Assembly (NCBI GenBank): GCA_000708835.1 | Contig: DF237221.1 | Coordinates: 1-64,000, forward strand | DNA length: 64,000 nt | Direction of reading: 5' to 3' | Origin: Klebsormidium nitens | Lineage: Eukaryota > Plantae > Klebsormidiophyceae | Part shown: in pieces, positions 36,101-50,888 of the stretch | How positions within the stretch are numbered: the stretch's first letter is position 1 | How the letters are laid out: each line of letters opens with the position of its first letter | Program-made: the position numbers and the translations under genes | The notes under the pieces: model-generated | Seen by the model: only the letters and a program-made list of their open reading frames with translations | What the model was told of the DNA's origin: nothing | Database searches by the model: none

Positions 36101-39100
36101 GTCACAAAGAGGAGCGCCCCGCTGGATTACCTGTCAGATCTCGAAGAGGAGGAAGAAGAATTCGAGATTGGAGAGGGGGAACTCGACGATGGGCCGATTC
36201 GGGGTCTGAGATCCTCTGGTGGGCGTGCTGGGGTTGGGTCCTCTTATGGGGCGGCTGCGCTGGACTACCTCTCTGACCTTGAAGAGGAGGACGGGGAAGG
36301 CATCGAGGAGGAGACGGCCGAGACTCCGGTGGGGGGCTCCGTTGCCTCAGGGGTCCAGGGTGCGCAAAACCCCCTGAAGAACAGTTATTACAGCGACCAT
36401 CTGATGGAGTCGCATTCGAAGACGAAGTTCGTGTGGGGGAGGCAAAATGCACACGCCAAGGAGGGGACGTTTCTCGAGCAGTTGGACTACAGCATCGAGC
36501 CCCCCGAAGCTGAAAAAGTTGCAGAAGAAATGCCGATCGGGGGGCAGCGGAAGCGAAGAAGGGGGATGCGATCAGAGTCTCCCAGCAGATCTGGGGAGTC
36601 CGTAAATAGAGGGACGGGAGAAAGTTCACAGGGAGAGCAGAAGCCGACAGGTGGCGCAAAGCCCAGTAGCGAATTCCTGCTGATGTACGCGACGTGGCGG
36701 GACTTGAGCGAGGGCCGGCTTGACCCTGCGGGTTACGAGGTGGTTAGCGAGAAAACCGGGGCGGTTATCGGGGTGGTCAGTGCGCTGGAACCACTCACGC
36801 CGGCGGCCGAGAAAGAGATGGAGGAGACGGGGCTGCAGCTGCACACGGGCCTGCTGCGCATGACAGCTGTCGCGGGGTTTGTCGATGAGTACGAGAGCGA
36901 ACGGAGAACACCGGCAGGCTCGGCCGGAGTTCCTTCGGGGATTGAACAGAGGGGTTTTGTCGAGAGCGAAGCGGAAAGTGCGTCCGCTCTGTTTGGAGGG
37001 AGCGAGGGCAAGGGGGCCGGAGACGCTAAAGACGACGAGGAACTAGAGCGGGAAGAATTGCTAAATGCACTCCGTGAGTTTGACGGCGAGGAGGGGGTTC
37101 AGAGTGAGGGGGATGAGAGTGATAGCGATTGGGAGGAACTTGAAGATGACACAGACAGTCTAGCTAGTCTTGACGAGCTGAAGGCGGCCCTGGGGGGGTC
37201 CGACAGCGAGGAAGAAGACGAGGGAGGCGCAGGCGCTGCGCAGCGGGAGTATGCGATTCCCGTCATCGGCGAGTACATTGCTGACGTCAGCGTGAAGGAG
37301 CGGCGGATACGTGTGACGCTTCCTGGTTCGCTGGACAGGATCAGCCGGCGGCCGGCGATTCTGAGGGGCCTGGGTATGGCGCTGTACAAGTAAGGAGCCT
37401 CCCCTGCTGGATCCACTCAATTTGATCTGTTTCACTGTTCAATGCCGGTCGATCTGGCAAAAAAGATGTTTGTGGTTTGTGTATGATGTCCCAGGGTGCT
37501 AGGTCTTACAGATAGTTCCGTTTTCCATTTACAGGTTGAAGAGTGTTCGTGGCTGGATTTGGCCGCATCAAGTTCGCAACCCTCTGAATGTTGACGTCTT
37601 CTCTGTGCTCACCCAAACCTTGTTCGCCCCACGCCCTTTCGAGACTCCCCTGTTTATATACACCTTATTTTGGCCCGTTGATTCTCTCACTTCAAGGTGA
37701 TGAGTTTGTTGTATAATCCTTGCTTGAGATGCACGGATTACTTCGTTTCGATTCAAACGTGTTTCGGAACATACATATTTTTGCTTTCTTGGTGCAAAAA
37801 TTCCGGCAGTGGCGTCATCATCTCATTCGATGAGCATTTGTCTCTCTTGGCCTTACTTCGTCTGTCTCCTTCGTTAAAGCGGTTCTGAGCTGCTGAGTTC
37901 CTCTCGCAGAAAGAGACCAGCTTTTTTTGGAGATACGTTCGCGGCCTTTCCCTTTGCAGGGAGACTATTCCGACAAACGGATAGTAGCCGTCCCAAAGAA
38001 ATGCACTAAAATGAACCTAATCTCACCCCAGGTATTGCTCCGGCAAGAACCAGAGTGTAAAGACGCTCGCAGAGGTGAAAGAGAAAGCGAGGGGGGGCCG
38101 GGCGGGCGACGGCCGCGAGCAGAAGCGGAGCCTGGCGCGGCAGAACTCGACTGTGCATCCGCAGATCACATACATACCCACGGAGAAAGAGGTGGGTGCA
38201 GTTTAGACGCGCATTTCTTAGTTTGAAACAAGACGTACATCTGCAATGTAGAAAGATGTGTGCGGCAGCTTTGAGGTTTTGGATACGTCTTCTGCAACTC
38301 CAAAGAGAGGCGCGCATGCGCAGTCCACGTACGATGGAAGCAGGTGGGCGAAAACACCGAAGTCGTGAAGGACGCTGCCTAGAATTCTCGGGAAGTTCTC
38401 AGTGGCGGTCTGGAGAGCTTCGGAGCAACTGTTCATACCTGAGTCGATCTCATCGGTTGCCAAGACACTTTTCAATATCTGTTCGAATCGTTCACAAGAG
38501 CTGCCGTTACGAATCATCTTCGTTGTATTCGACGCTCTCCTTTCTCTTTTCTACAATTTATGGTTTGCTTTCTCTTTCTACAAAGAACACTCTTAAGGAG
38601 CCACTTCCTTGTCCTAAAAGGCTGCTCTGCAAACATATTAACTAAAATTTTCCTCTTTCGTTTCATTATGCAGTTGCTGACTGACGGGCGAGAGGACATC
38701 CTAGAGGATATCGAACTCGTGGGCGGTTTCGCAGCGGCCACAAACGCGCTCGGGCTCTCCCGTCAGAAGCGACCGATCGGGTTCTGGGAAAACAAGCTCC
38801 ACCTAGACGCGGAGATTGAGCTGTTCAACTACTCACGGTAGGTCCCTTTTTTGAGGAGCCCTTCCCTCGTGCGTCGTTACTTTTCATGTCACTTGGCACC
38901 AGGCTCAGAATCCTTCACTTCAAGGACTCCATCTTCTCTTGGCTCATGTGGCACAGCGTGCACAAGCCTCTCACAGGCGTACATTTGGCAATACGTAGCC
39001 TCAACCAGTTTATTGAGTTAGGTTACATATTGACCTGCACTCTGCGGCCAAACGCTTGAATTTCTGATCTCGGATGCACAGATGGACGAAGCGCACCAAC

Positions 39101-41096
39101 TCGGAGACTGGGGAAGTCTACTGGGTCAATCTGCTGAACGACATGGTGGCTCGGGAGAAGCCCCCGCCCCCGGACAGCCTCACCCCGCCTCTCCCGGTCA
39201 GCTACCGGGAGGAGGACGTCGACACGGCGTGCATGCCCAAGCGGAAAGACGTGCAAGAAGCGGGGAGGTGAGGCGCACAATCTGCGATTCTTCAGCTGAA
39301 AAGCCTCACGCTCTCAGGGTTCTACCGTTTCCCTACTACATCGCTTTCAGGTCACTTGATATTGGGAATGTCAGTGAGCGCTGTATTGTATGTCCGAGCA
39401 GAAGGACGTGTAGAAGGGGGCAGGTGAGTCGCTCATCTCATGCTTTACTAGCGTATCTTGTCGCTCGGTGTCGACACTCTTGAGTTCTCACAGGGCTGTG
39501 AGAGTGCTGGAAAGGGTCCCGTTTGCTAGCTGGATATGGGCGTCAAAGAGAGAGTTATAGGGCATTTGGTGGCGTCCAGCTTCTTTCCATGTCGCCTTTG
39601 ATTTCAGAACACAAAGAGGATTCAGGTCAAGTTGAAACAATAACGAGCCCAAGCGGAAGACGTCTAAGAAGGCTACAAGGCGGGCGCACTTTCTGGAGGT
39701 CTCACCTCTCACCTCTTTGCACTTGTCAGCCCAACAACCTTCAAATTCTCCGTTGTCGCAGGTGGGACCTGCACCACGCGATTGTCTCACATGGGGGGTA
39801 CACGGCAGTCGGACGCGAGCTAGGGCGGCAGACCCCCCCTCGCCTCCCAGAGGGCGCTCCGCGTCTCCGTGAACAGTCGTCCAAATACGCCTTCCCCGAG
39901 ATGCTGGTCAGCGCGATCCGCAAAGTGATGAAGGAGAAGAACCTGACCAAGCTGCCCAGCATCCGAGACTTCAAGGAAATGGTGAGATAGGCAATAGCGG
40001 CCTGTTGCCTTTTGTATATGTCACCAGGCAGTTTGACCTCAGCTGTCATGAAGGACTCGCTTATCTGCTCCGGACTGCCCAGCACTTGGGGCCTGTGGCC
40101 TGGACTCTCCCATAAATTTCTCCGTTGGCTCCCCGGTTCTTTCTGTTCTTTCTTGAGCCAAGCCCACCTGACGACACTTCTAGGTGGTTAGCTCCACTGT
40201 CGTCATTTGCTCACGGCACCCGAAGTACTTGCTGACGTCCATTCCTATCTTCCCCACGGCTCACGAGGACCTGGCTGACGTCATTCCCTCCTTCTCATAT
40301 CACTGGAGCCTTGCTAACGTCATCCACCTCCCACTTGCAGGGTCGCAACGACATTGTGTTAGGGTTCCGGCGCCACGGCGGGGTCCTCGCGGTCGCCGAG
40401 ATGATGAACGTGGAGCCGAAGGTCGAGCTGAAGCCGGGCCCGTGGACGCTCGAGTCGGCCGCCGCCGCGCTCAGTGAATACGTCAACGAGAAGGCGGCGC
40501 GCACGGGGCAGCCGCGGTCGATGCCCACGCTCAAGGAGCTACAGCAGGCGGGACGGAGCAATTTGCGGTATGTGATCCAGCACTTCGGGCAGAAGGTCAT
40601 GGCGGAACAGCTGGGGCTGCCGCCGAACCTGAGCTCGCACGAGAAGAAGCGCCTACGCGCGGCGCAGACGGCCGCCGAGGGGCGCGCGGGCCAGAGCGTC
40701 GCAGAGCTGCGCGCGGAGGCGGAGCTGCGCGCGATCCGCAGCCCGTGGACGCTCAAGTTGGCCGCGGCCGCGCTGAAGGAGTACGTCGACGAGAAGGCGG
40801 CGCGCACGGGGCAGCCGCGCGCGATGCCGACGCTCAAGGAGCTGCTGCAGGCCGGGCAGGGCGACCTGCGGTATGTTATTCTGCACTTTGGGCATAAGGT
40901 TATGGCGGAGCAGCTGGGGCTGCCCCCGAACGTGAGTACGCACGAGAAGAACCGCATGCGCGCGGCGCAGGTGGCGGCAGAGATCCGCGCAGGACAGAGC
41001 GTGGCGGAGCTGCGCGCGTTGTGGAGTAAGAGACAGAAGGTGGCACAGCTGGCGCGGTTGGGAAAGCGAGGGGACGGGGGGAAGGTCGGGAAATAG
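33182..41096 (+). CDS. Very large putative plastid protein: long low-complexity region, PRC-barrel (RimM C-terminal-like), WW-like segment and PTST2/3-N-terminal-like helical repeats
   Basis: Transit-peptide-like exon 1 (donor about 33623) and a 3.35-kb exon 2 (about 34038-37388) ending GYEVVSEKTGAVIGVV...EYAIPVIGEYIADVSVKERRIRVTLPGSL (PRC-barrel pattern). Later exons: RPIGFWENKLHLDAEIE, WTKRTNSETGEVYWVN, MPKRKDVQEAGRWDLHHAIVSHGGYTAVGRELG, and two 101-aa repeats before the stop at 41094-41096. The start codon is uncertain. Confidence 0.65.
40440..41025 (+). repeat. Coding tandem duplication, 303-nt (101-aa) period
   Basis: PWTLESAAAALSEYVNEKAARTGQPRSMPTLKELQQAGR... at 40440 and PWTLKLAAAALKEYVDEKAARTGQPRAMPTLKELLQAGQ... 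at 40743. Confidence 0.95.
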
Positions 41097-41526
41097 ATGT
41101 GTAGGCTGCAGTATGCTGGAATGGAAAATGTCGCTTTTCGGCAGCTAGAGCAAGGCTTACTCGAATGTGACAATTGACCTCGTCAAATACTGACCCACTG
41201 ATTGATCTGGCAACTGCAAAACGTGTGGGAATGTGCGTCGTTACACCAGAAATCGGGAAGAAGTGCATGTTCCGCAATAGCTGATTGCAATTTCTGCTGC
41301 ATGAGCGTCGAGTTGCGTCTGGCTGTTTGCATTATGCTGATGAGTCAAGTTGCGTGGTCATTTGCATGATACGCACTGACCCATTCTGAGCGCAGGCTCA
41401 CGTGCAGAAAGTGAGGTATGCCTTGCAGTGTGCATACAGAGTCGATCTGATTGATTGCAATATTTGTACTGCATGATGCAATTTATCGCTGGGACTTCAT
41501 GCTTGATTTTCATTTATAGCAAGCTA

Positions 41527-41978
41527 TGCCCTATTCACATGCGTAGCTGCTACGTGTGCTACGCAGCCTACGGAGCCGGGGTGTAGCGTCAGTTTGCTAC
41601 GGGGGGTGAACTTAGATGCCGCAAAAGTTGCTACGAAGGCAGTCCTGGTTGCAGGATTTCACATTTACATGGTATGTGGGCTTGAGTGTATGCATAATCT
41701 AGACTATATAACATTCGATTTCGAGCTTTCGAAGGCTCAATTGAACGTGAAGTGTCGAAAATTGGAATCACTCCGTGCCGCAGCCGCAAGCCGGTACGGA
41801 AGCTACGGGGGTCAGAATCTGCGGCAAAAACTGGTTCCGTAGCGGGTTCGGTAGCGTCCGTTCGGTTGCTTCCGTTGCGCCAAAAACTCATAATCGACAT
41901 TCACATTTCGTATAGCACTGTCGCGTCGGATGTGTAGCCTCCGTAGCACCAAAAAATTCTACCCATGTGGACAGGGCA
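41527..41978. mobile_element. MITE-like element (family B), PIF/Harbinger-like termini
   Basis: Imperfect TIRs TGCCCTATTCACATGCGTAG and CTACCCATGTGGACAGGGCA, flanked by CTA / TTA. Many subterminal GCTACG / CGTAGC motifs in opposite orientations. No ORF of note. Confidence 0.6.
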
Positions 41979-42815
41979 TTACCAATGATTTTACTAATTT
42001 TCTTATTGCAAGTTAACCGCCACCGACAGTTACTGTTAGGAACAGATCTATAGGAGGGTATATGGTCACACTTTCAGTAATGTGCAAGCCTAACTTAATG
42101 ATTTTGGCAACGGAAGTGTTCACTAACAGAGGCAGGCCCGCGAGGGACGGGATTGTCGGTACAGCTGGTTTGGTGGTTTTGGGTGTAGAGCGCGTGATTT
42201 TGTCCGTTGGGGTTTTTAGTTTGTGTCTGGAGTTCCTGAAGTCTAGTGAACACACTTCCGTCGCCATTATGCCTAATGCAAACCGTACCGTACGCTGCAC
42301 TTAGCACATGCCGCCACAAGCACATGGATACTACCATGGCTAGGCAAAGACTGGAAGTTTTTGTGCTGCACCATGTAGTGACAGTGCTTGCAGCTGTCTG
42401 ATTCAGGCGTTATTTTTACTTGCTTACATCATAAAAGTTTGGTCGGCAACATTACCTAGCCGAATGCTGTCCATTAGAAAAAGAGTCAGTTTGGAAGCCG
42501 TTTGAGCAACTAGCTGGAATGAAGTATTCATTCCATGTCTCACATTTCTTCAAAGTACGATATACGCATCTGGAATAGTTGCGTCAAGAGAGATAATCTT
42601 AGATGCAACAGCCGAGTTCTATTCAAACAATCTCGACATGCAACATTTGCGTTGGACAAATAGACCTTTTGAGGAAGCGGAAGAGATCCAGTTCTCAGAA
42701 ACAGAAACTAAACAGAGTGATTCTTTGAATTTACAATATCGACAAAACACAGTGATTCTTTGAATTTACAATATCGACAATGTCATGTTACAGCATCGCA
42801 AGTAGCAACTAATCT

Positions 42816-45481
<2,666 letters not shown>

Positions 45482-45586
45482 TCAATATAACCCGGGCACT
45501 TTATTTGTGCCAGACATACCATGAGCTCTGACCGGTGTATCACCCGGGAGATCTTGTCCAACTTCCGAAGCCCGGTCCCAACGGTT

Positions 45587-45594
45587 CCACGTGG
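45587..45594. promoter_or_regulatory. G-box (CCACGTGG) upstream of polyubiquitin
   Basis: Perfect palindrome about 370 bp upstream of the ATG, with a TATA-like TTATAT on the minus strand near 45485. Motif match only. Confidence 0.3.
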
Positions 45595-46501
45595 GCGGGA
45601 ACCGCCAGTTCCTTCTAGGGGTTTCCATTGAACTCTTGGCAACTTGCGCGACACCGCGTAACCAAGGGTAACGAACCCGGTATCCGATACCGCGTACCTA
45701 GGTTACCTTAGTAGGCGGCCGGTACGATACCGTGCCAGGCCTTGCGAGATGCTACGCGTGCTTGCGCGCGCTCTTCTACGCATGCCTGCCTGACACGGTT
45801 GCACGCATGTAGTACCGTACTAATGATGCAAAGTTGAAGCCATAATATTACCTGGCTATAACAGCTAAAACTCTTTAGCAGGCACAAGTTCGATATCAAT
45901 CTTCCTGCTTCATTCTGGTGCCTTCGTAAAACATGAGAAGACTTTTCTGTGAAACCGTGCGTACTGTTGCTCGCGCGCAGTGTGTACAATACAACATCCT
46001 GCGAGGCTTTGGCATTTGCATGCCTTTTGCATGTACCATGTCCAGTCTGATTGGAGGGGACAACTCATCCAACCTGCAATATGCCTCACATGCACTTGCA
46101 GTCCGTACCACCACATGCATGGCAACTAAACATGCATGGCAACTAAGCCCGCACGCACGTCTACCTTTATCATGTGGAATTTCTCTCTATAAAAACGGAG
46201 GTTGCATCGAACTTCCCTTCTTGGCATGAGCTAGTCGATGTAAGATTGCCAACCAGATTTGTGGGACTGATCAACCGAGGAAGTTTCGACACCCACATTG
46301 CATAAGGAATCTCCTCACCGAATTCTTCTTGGTTGTCTCGCATACTTCTCAATGGAGTAGTACCAAAGAAAAGAGACGGTCTAATGTCTTGAGACTGTGT
46401 GCACAATTGTATCGCACTGCCGCAAAAGCATCGTATGAATCAAAGCTCCAATAGCAGACTCACTCAATCTATAAATTACAAAAGGACTACCGCTGGCAAC
46501 T

Positions 46502-49500
46502 TTACTTGGGTCCACTATTTTGAGAAGGGCCGCAACGCTCCACCATCACCTCGTACAACTGCTTTCCGTTCTGCACAGAGAAGATGCCGGCGGAGAGTCA
46601 CGAGTCAGCGAAACAAGCAAGGCATCTAGTAAGAATCTCCGGGTCCCAAGTATACATTCCCCTCTAGAGTGGTCGCTCTTGCATCCAGTTGCAAAAGTGA
46701 ACGTTTCGAACGAGCACAGACCCTTCAATGACACTCATTCTTAAGGGCGAATCAGCGGCTCGTTTTTAGACCAATATCCCCACAGTTCTCAGGTCAATGA
46801 CAGACAGACGTTTATGACGCAACCGACAACGCCGATTCGACCTCGGCAAGACCACTTCGACAGCAAATCTTTTAGGAACAATGTGACTTACCAGGATTAC
46901 GGGGAAGAAATGAATCTGACCCTCTGGTTTGGTTTGTGTCTCCTTGAAGTAGACTAGTACAGGGAAGTTGGGCCACCAAAACTCCCAGTTCGTGAAGGTG
47001 TCAAACCTGTGACAAGCGTGCACATGACCTGTCCGCATGACTTCGTCTCGTCTCTCCTCTTTCATTGGTGCACAACAAAGGGATTGCATTGAATGAAGCG
47101 GAGAAAGAAATCTTTGTGAGAACTAGTCTGCCCCACAGAATATGTCAGTGGCTGCTCCCCTACCATTCGTGACAAACTCGCTGCTAATCTTTGTCATGTG
47201 CAAATGCGCAAGTCAAGATGAAAGAGGGGGTAAATAGGTCACTCAACTGTTATTGATCGTGAATGTACAGGTCGGAATTCATTCGCAGATGAGACTCGTC
47301 AGCGAATTGGTTAGTACCAATTCTGGTCAGGTCGGGGGTTCGGAATTTAGTGTTTCTATATGATATCCTCTCAGACCGTCCCCCCAGGCTCTAAGGGCCG
47401 TCAGGCATCGGTTTCAGCTCTTCCAATGCATCGCGTTTGCATACCACTATCCGCAAAAGCTCAGAGCTTCGGACCCACCTCCATCTGTTCTCGCCGCCCA
47501 CGAAGGTGTTCTCGCCAGACGACTCCAACTCTTTGCCAATCAACACGCTCTGCACAACCACGCTATGTTTAAAAGGTCGGCACTGCTTTCCATTCTTTCG
47601 TCGAGCAGCCATTCGGGTGGGCTTCGGAACTGGAGACGAAAAGAATCCGCAAGCACTACTCTGACGGGCCAACTTCGAGAGGCGACCTGGAACGTTCTGT
47701 CACGGCTAACCTCTCCCTTCTCGAGCTTCGATATGATCATGTCAAACAAACTTCTTTTCAAAACCTTCACAGGCTGCAGAAAATGACGACAGATTAAGAA
47801 GCCCATTAGAGAACCTTTTAGAGTCCTCGACAGTGGGGAGAAGAAGAGATCTTGAGAGTCCACCATTGGCGGGATCGTCAGACACTGTACCGCACACCAG
47901 AAACACCCTCGACCTTTTCGCAGGCAGTGGGAAAGGGGATTAGAACAGGTTGATTCGAAGACTCGACCAATAAAGACTCGGCCGTATTGCAATAGATTTC
48001 AGCTCTCGAAGATTTCAACCCTGGTTGGGAAAGGCTTGGTATCAGCCATGGCTTCAAACTCGCTGCCATCGTTTGATGGCACTCGACAGATTGCACATGA
48101 AATGGCGGCGCTTTTCAAAAACTACCAAAACTCAACCGATGACGGCTCGGAAAAAGGAACGGCTTGTGCAGAGGCGACAGTCATGTCTGAAGAGTATACC
48201 AGGGTTTCCTTGTCAAACACGAACTTGACTCGAGACGTTTGGACGAGCAGAAGCGCCCCGAGAAGACCAAACGGAGCTGCCAACAGTTCAGCCTTGGCGC
48301 CAATGGCGAGAGTGCCAGCAATACCTGGGGAGAGAGGCAGTCGCGCTGAGAACAGAAGTTGAAGCCTGACTTGAATCCCTGAGGCTCCATGCATGCGACC
48401 GAGACCCCCAGAGTTGCGAAGAATGGACTGTGTATTATTCAGGATGTGAAGGTCAGCGACATGCAGTGACGACTCGGGTAACAATAAAAGAGAGGAGGTC
48501 TTAATCCAAACGGAGGAGGAGTTTTGAAGAGGTTTAGAGATCTCGTCTTTCAGAATTGTTCCTCCTTAAGGAACGTGGGAAAGAAGGTATGAAAGTTGGT
48601 TTGCGGACCTATGCTCAGAGGCACGGGTAGAGAATTTCCTGCTCTGATCATGGAGGAAAAAGAGCGTGCGGTTGAGATGCTTGTTGGTTAAACCTTCAGA
48701 GGATTTGTGAATAAGTAAGAAGCAGAGACGAATTACAATCGTAGTGGGATCTCATTGATCGATGAGATCCCACTTGTCCGTAGATGGCAAAAGGATTGAA
48801 CTGGAAGAAAACCCGTTTAGCCTGTCCAGAGACTTCCTAATTGCAGTTGATTGGGGATGATTGTCAATTAGATGCAATCGATGCGTCTAACGATGCCTCA
48901 CCTAGAAGGGACAACGCAAGACGGTAGTCAGGCTCTGGAATGACGACTGACTTGTCCACCTTAGAGGCCTGCACCATAAGGGAGTGGGTAAGCTAGTTGC
49001 TCTCATACTGAACACACCCACGAATGATGTTGCTAGGATCAAGGATGCGGGCCCTTAGAAATAAGGGTGCCTGTCTCCAAACCACATCAGACGTGCAACT
49101 CAGATTGGGTGGTGTGAATCCCTCAGTCCATTCAAACATCTGTGATTGAACTGGAGCGTTGACTTCTAAATGGCAGACCGACAATACGAGGCCCTCCGAC
49201 CAGTCTACTCAACATGCTGCCTTTTGCTCTGCGGCATTCCTTTACGCTTCTCTATTCTGAAGTGCGATCTCACAGAAGAAGGCGTACCTTTGCTGTTACG
49301 CCCGCCCCTCTGCTAGACTGTTCCCCCTGCTGCTTCAGATGGGACGCCTGCCGATTGAGCTTCTCAGCTGCTAGAATGTTGCCGCAAAAACTTGTGTGCA
49401 GAACTCTAGAGTGAGGTGAAGAAGGTGTTGAAAGGCAGGATGAGCGGACAGCTGCCCGTTGATCGTGCGACGCTGTGCACCTTTTGGGACCTGGAGAAAG

Positions 49501-49821
49501 TTGTGGGGGTGTCAGCAGTACCGCTCGTTAAGCTATAGACCTGTGCTTGCGGATTGCATTTGAGTGAAACGACTGGTAGGAAGCCAGTTGCTGTCGTCAA
49601 TTTCCTGGCATCTTACCTATCCCACTTCTTGCTTGTTGATGTTGCCAAATGGATCGTCGCTTAGACACTCCCGTTTGGAGATAGACAATGAGCATACTGG
49701 GGAAATGATTCTACTGGTGTTGCATCCACATGTACTTGGAAGTTATGTAGACATACTGACCTGTCTGGACCTTGCTAACCGCCCAGCCGCATGTTGCACG
49801 AGTGGCCAAGACAGTAGCCAT
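46502..49821 (-). CDS. DUF3119 family plastid membrane protein, multi-exon
   Basis: Exons join in phase: MATVLATRATCGWAVSKVQT / AEKLNRQ...VTAK / ASKVDKSVVIPEPDYRLALSLL / GIAGTLAIG...APFGLLGALLLVQTSRVKFVFDKETL / SVLIGKELESSGENTFVGGENRW / RFDTFTNWEFWWPNFPVLVYFKETQTKPEGQIHFFPVIL / NGKQLYEVMVERCGPSQNSGPK*. Confidence 0.88.
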
Positions 49822-50888
49822 CGCCTCTGGCTAAAAACTTGCAGGAATAGTGATTGATTGGCTCCTGAGAAGCGCTCTGCAGAATCGAAACCGTGCACAC
49901 TCAGAATATCAGATTGGTGGCTTTCAGAGGAGTACGTCGTTTGATTCATGAAATATTCGAGGAAAGAGCAGAATGGCACCCACATTGTGTTCCTCGAGAA
50001 AAGTTCGACCTAGGAAGTGCATTTCAGTGCACCAAAGTTGCGCCTAGTAATGCAGCATTTGCCCAGCAAAGATGCGCTTGTGCAAGGGAACATAGTCTCC
50101 TCTCAGGGGGCCAATGATTGACGACGGTGCACATCAATTGTCTGAAAATTGAGTGTCTGCATGCAAATGAGGCTAACAACTGGCTATTGGACGGTGGCCG
50201 CCAGCTTAGCGTGCAAAAATATAGTTGCTGCTTGAAGTTGAAGCTGATCCAAGGCAAATGTCCATCACACTCGCCGCAGCTGGCATTGACAATGATACTG
50301 CAAACATAAGTAGGGAGAAATCTTGACTTACTGCAAACAAATCCAATCCGAGCTCTCCCTCCCACAGCTCTCCGGGCAGCTCCCTGAACAGAATGCGGGG
50401 TGCCTTTCAAAGCTACCAGGCGCTCTGGAGCTCCAACTCAGCTTTTGAAATGTTCCTGAGCCTGAGGCTGAACTGATTGTACCCCTGCATGTAGACCTAG
50501 CTTGTGCAATTGCATTTGACACCAAGAACACCGGTACCCGTGTCCTCGATTGGGAAGATTGGTAGTGTGTCAATCGATCCAAGATTAGGGTTTGTTTGAG
50601 CGCTGGAGAGGAGCCTTTCGTCCGCCACTTCTCTAGCTGGCTCTCCAGCTAGGATTCGGAGAGTCTGCTGGTCACCATTGGCATCATTCTGGGCGGCTGG
50701 AAAGGTGTAATCGTTTGCAACGCACTAGAGCTTTCTGGCGTTGAACCAGGTTCAACAGCTCAGCTACTATACTGAGTTTCGTGTTTGTGCAATGCTGGGC
50801 TGGATTACAAGCACATATGCTGAAGCAAGAAACAACACTGCTTTGAACGTCAAAGAAGCACCTGATGTCAAGCTCTACGCTTATCAAG

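Noticed and set aside
45560-45630. Heat-shock elements upstream of polyubiquitin
   Set aside because: Only imperfect nGAAn/nTTCn arrays; no three-unit canonical HSE found.
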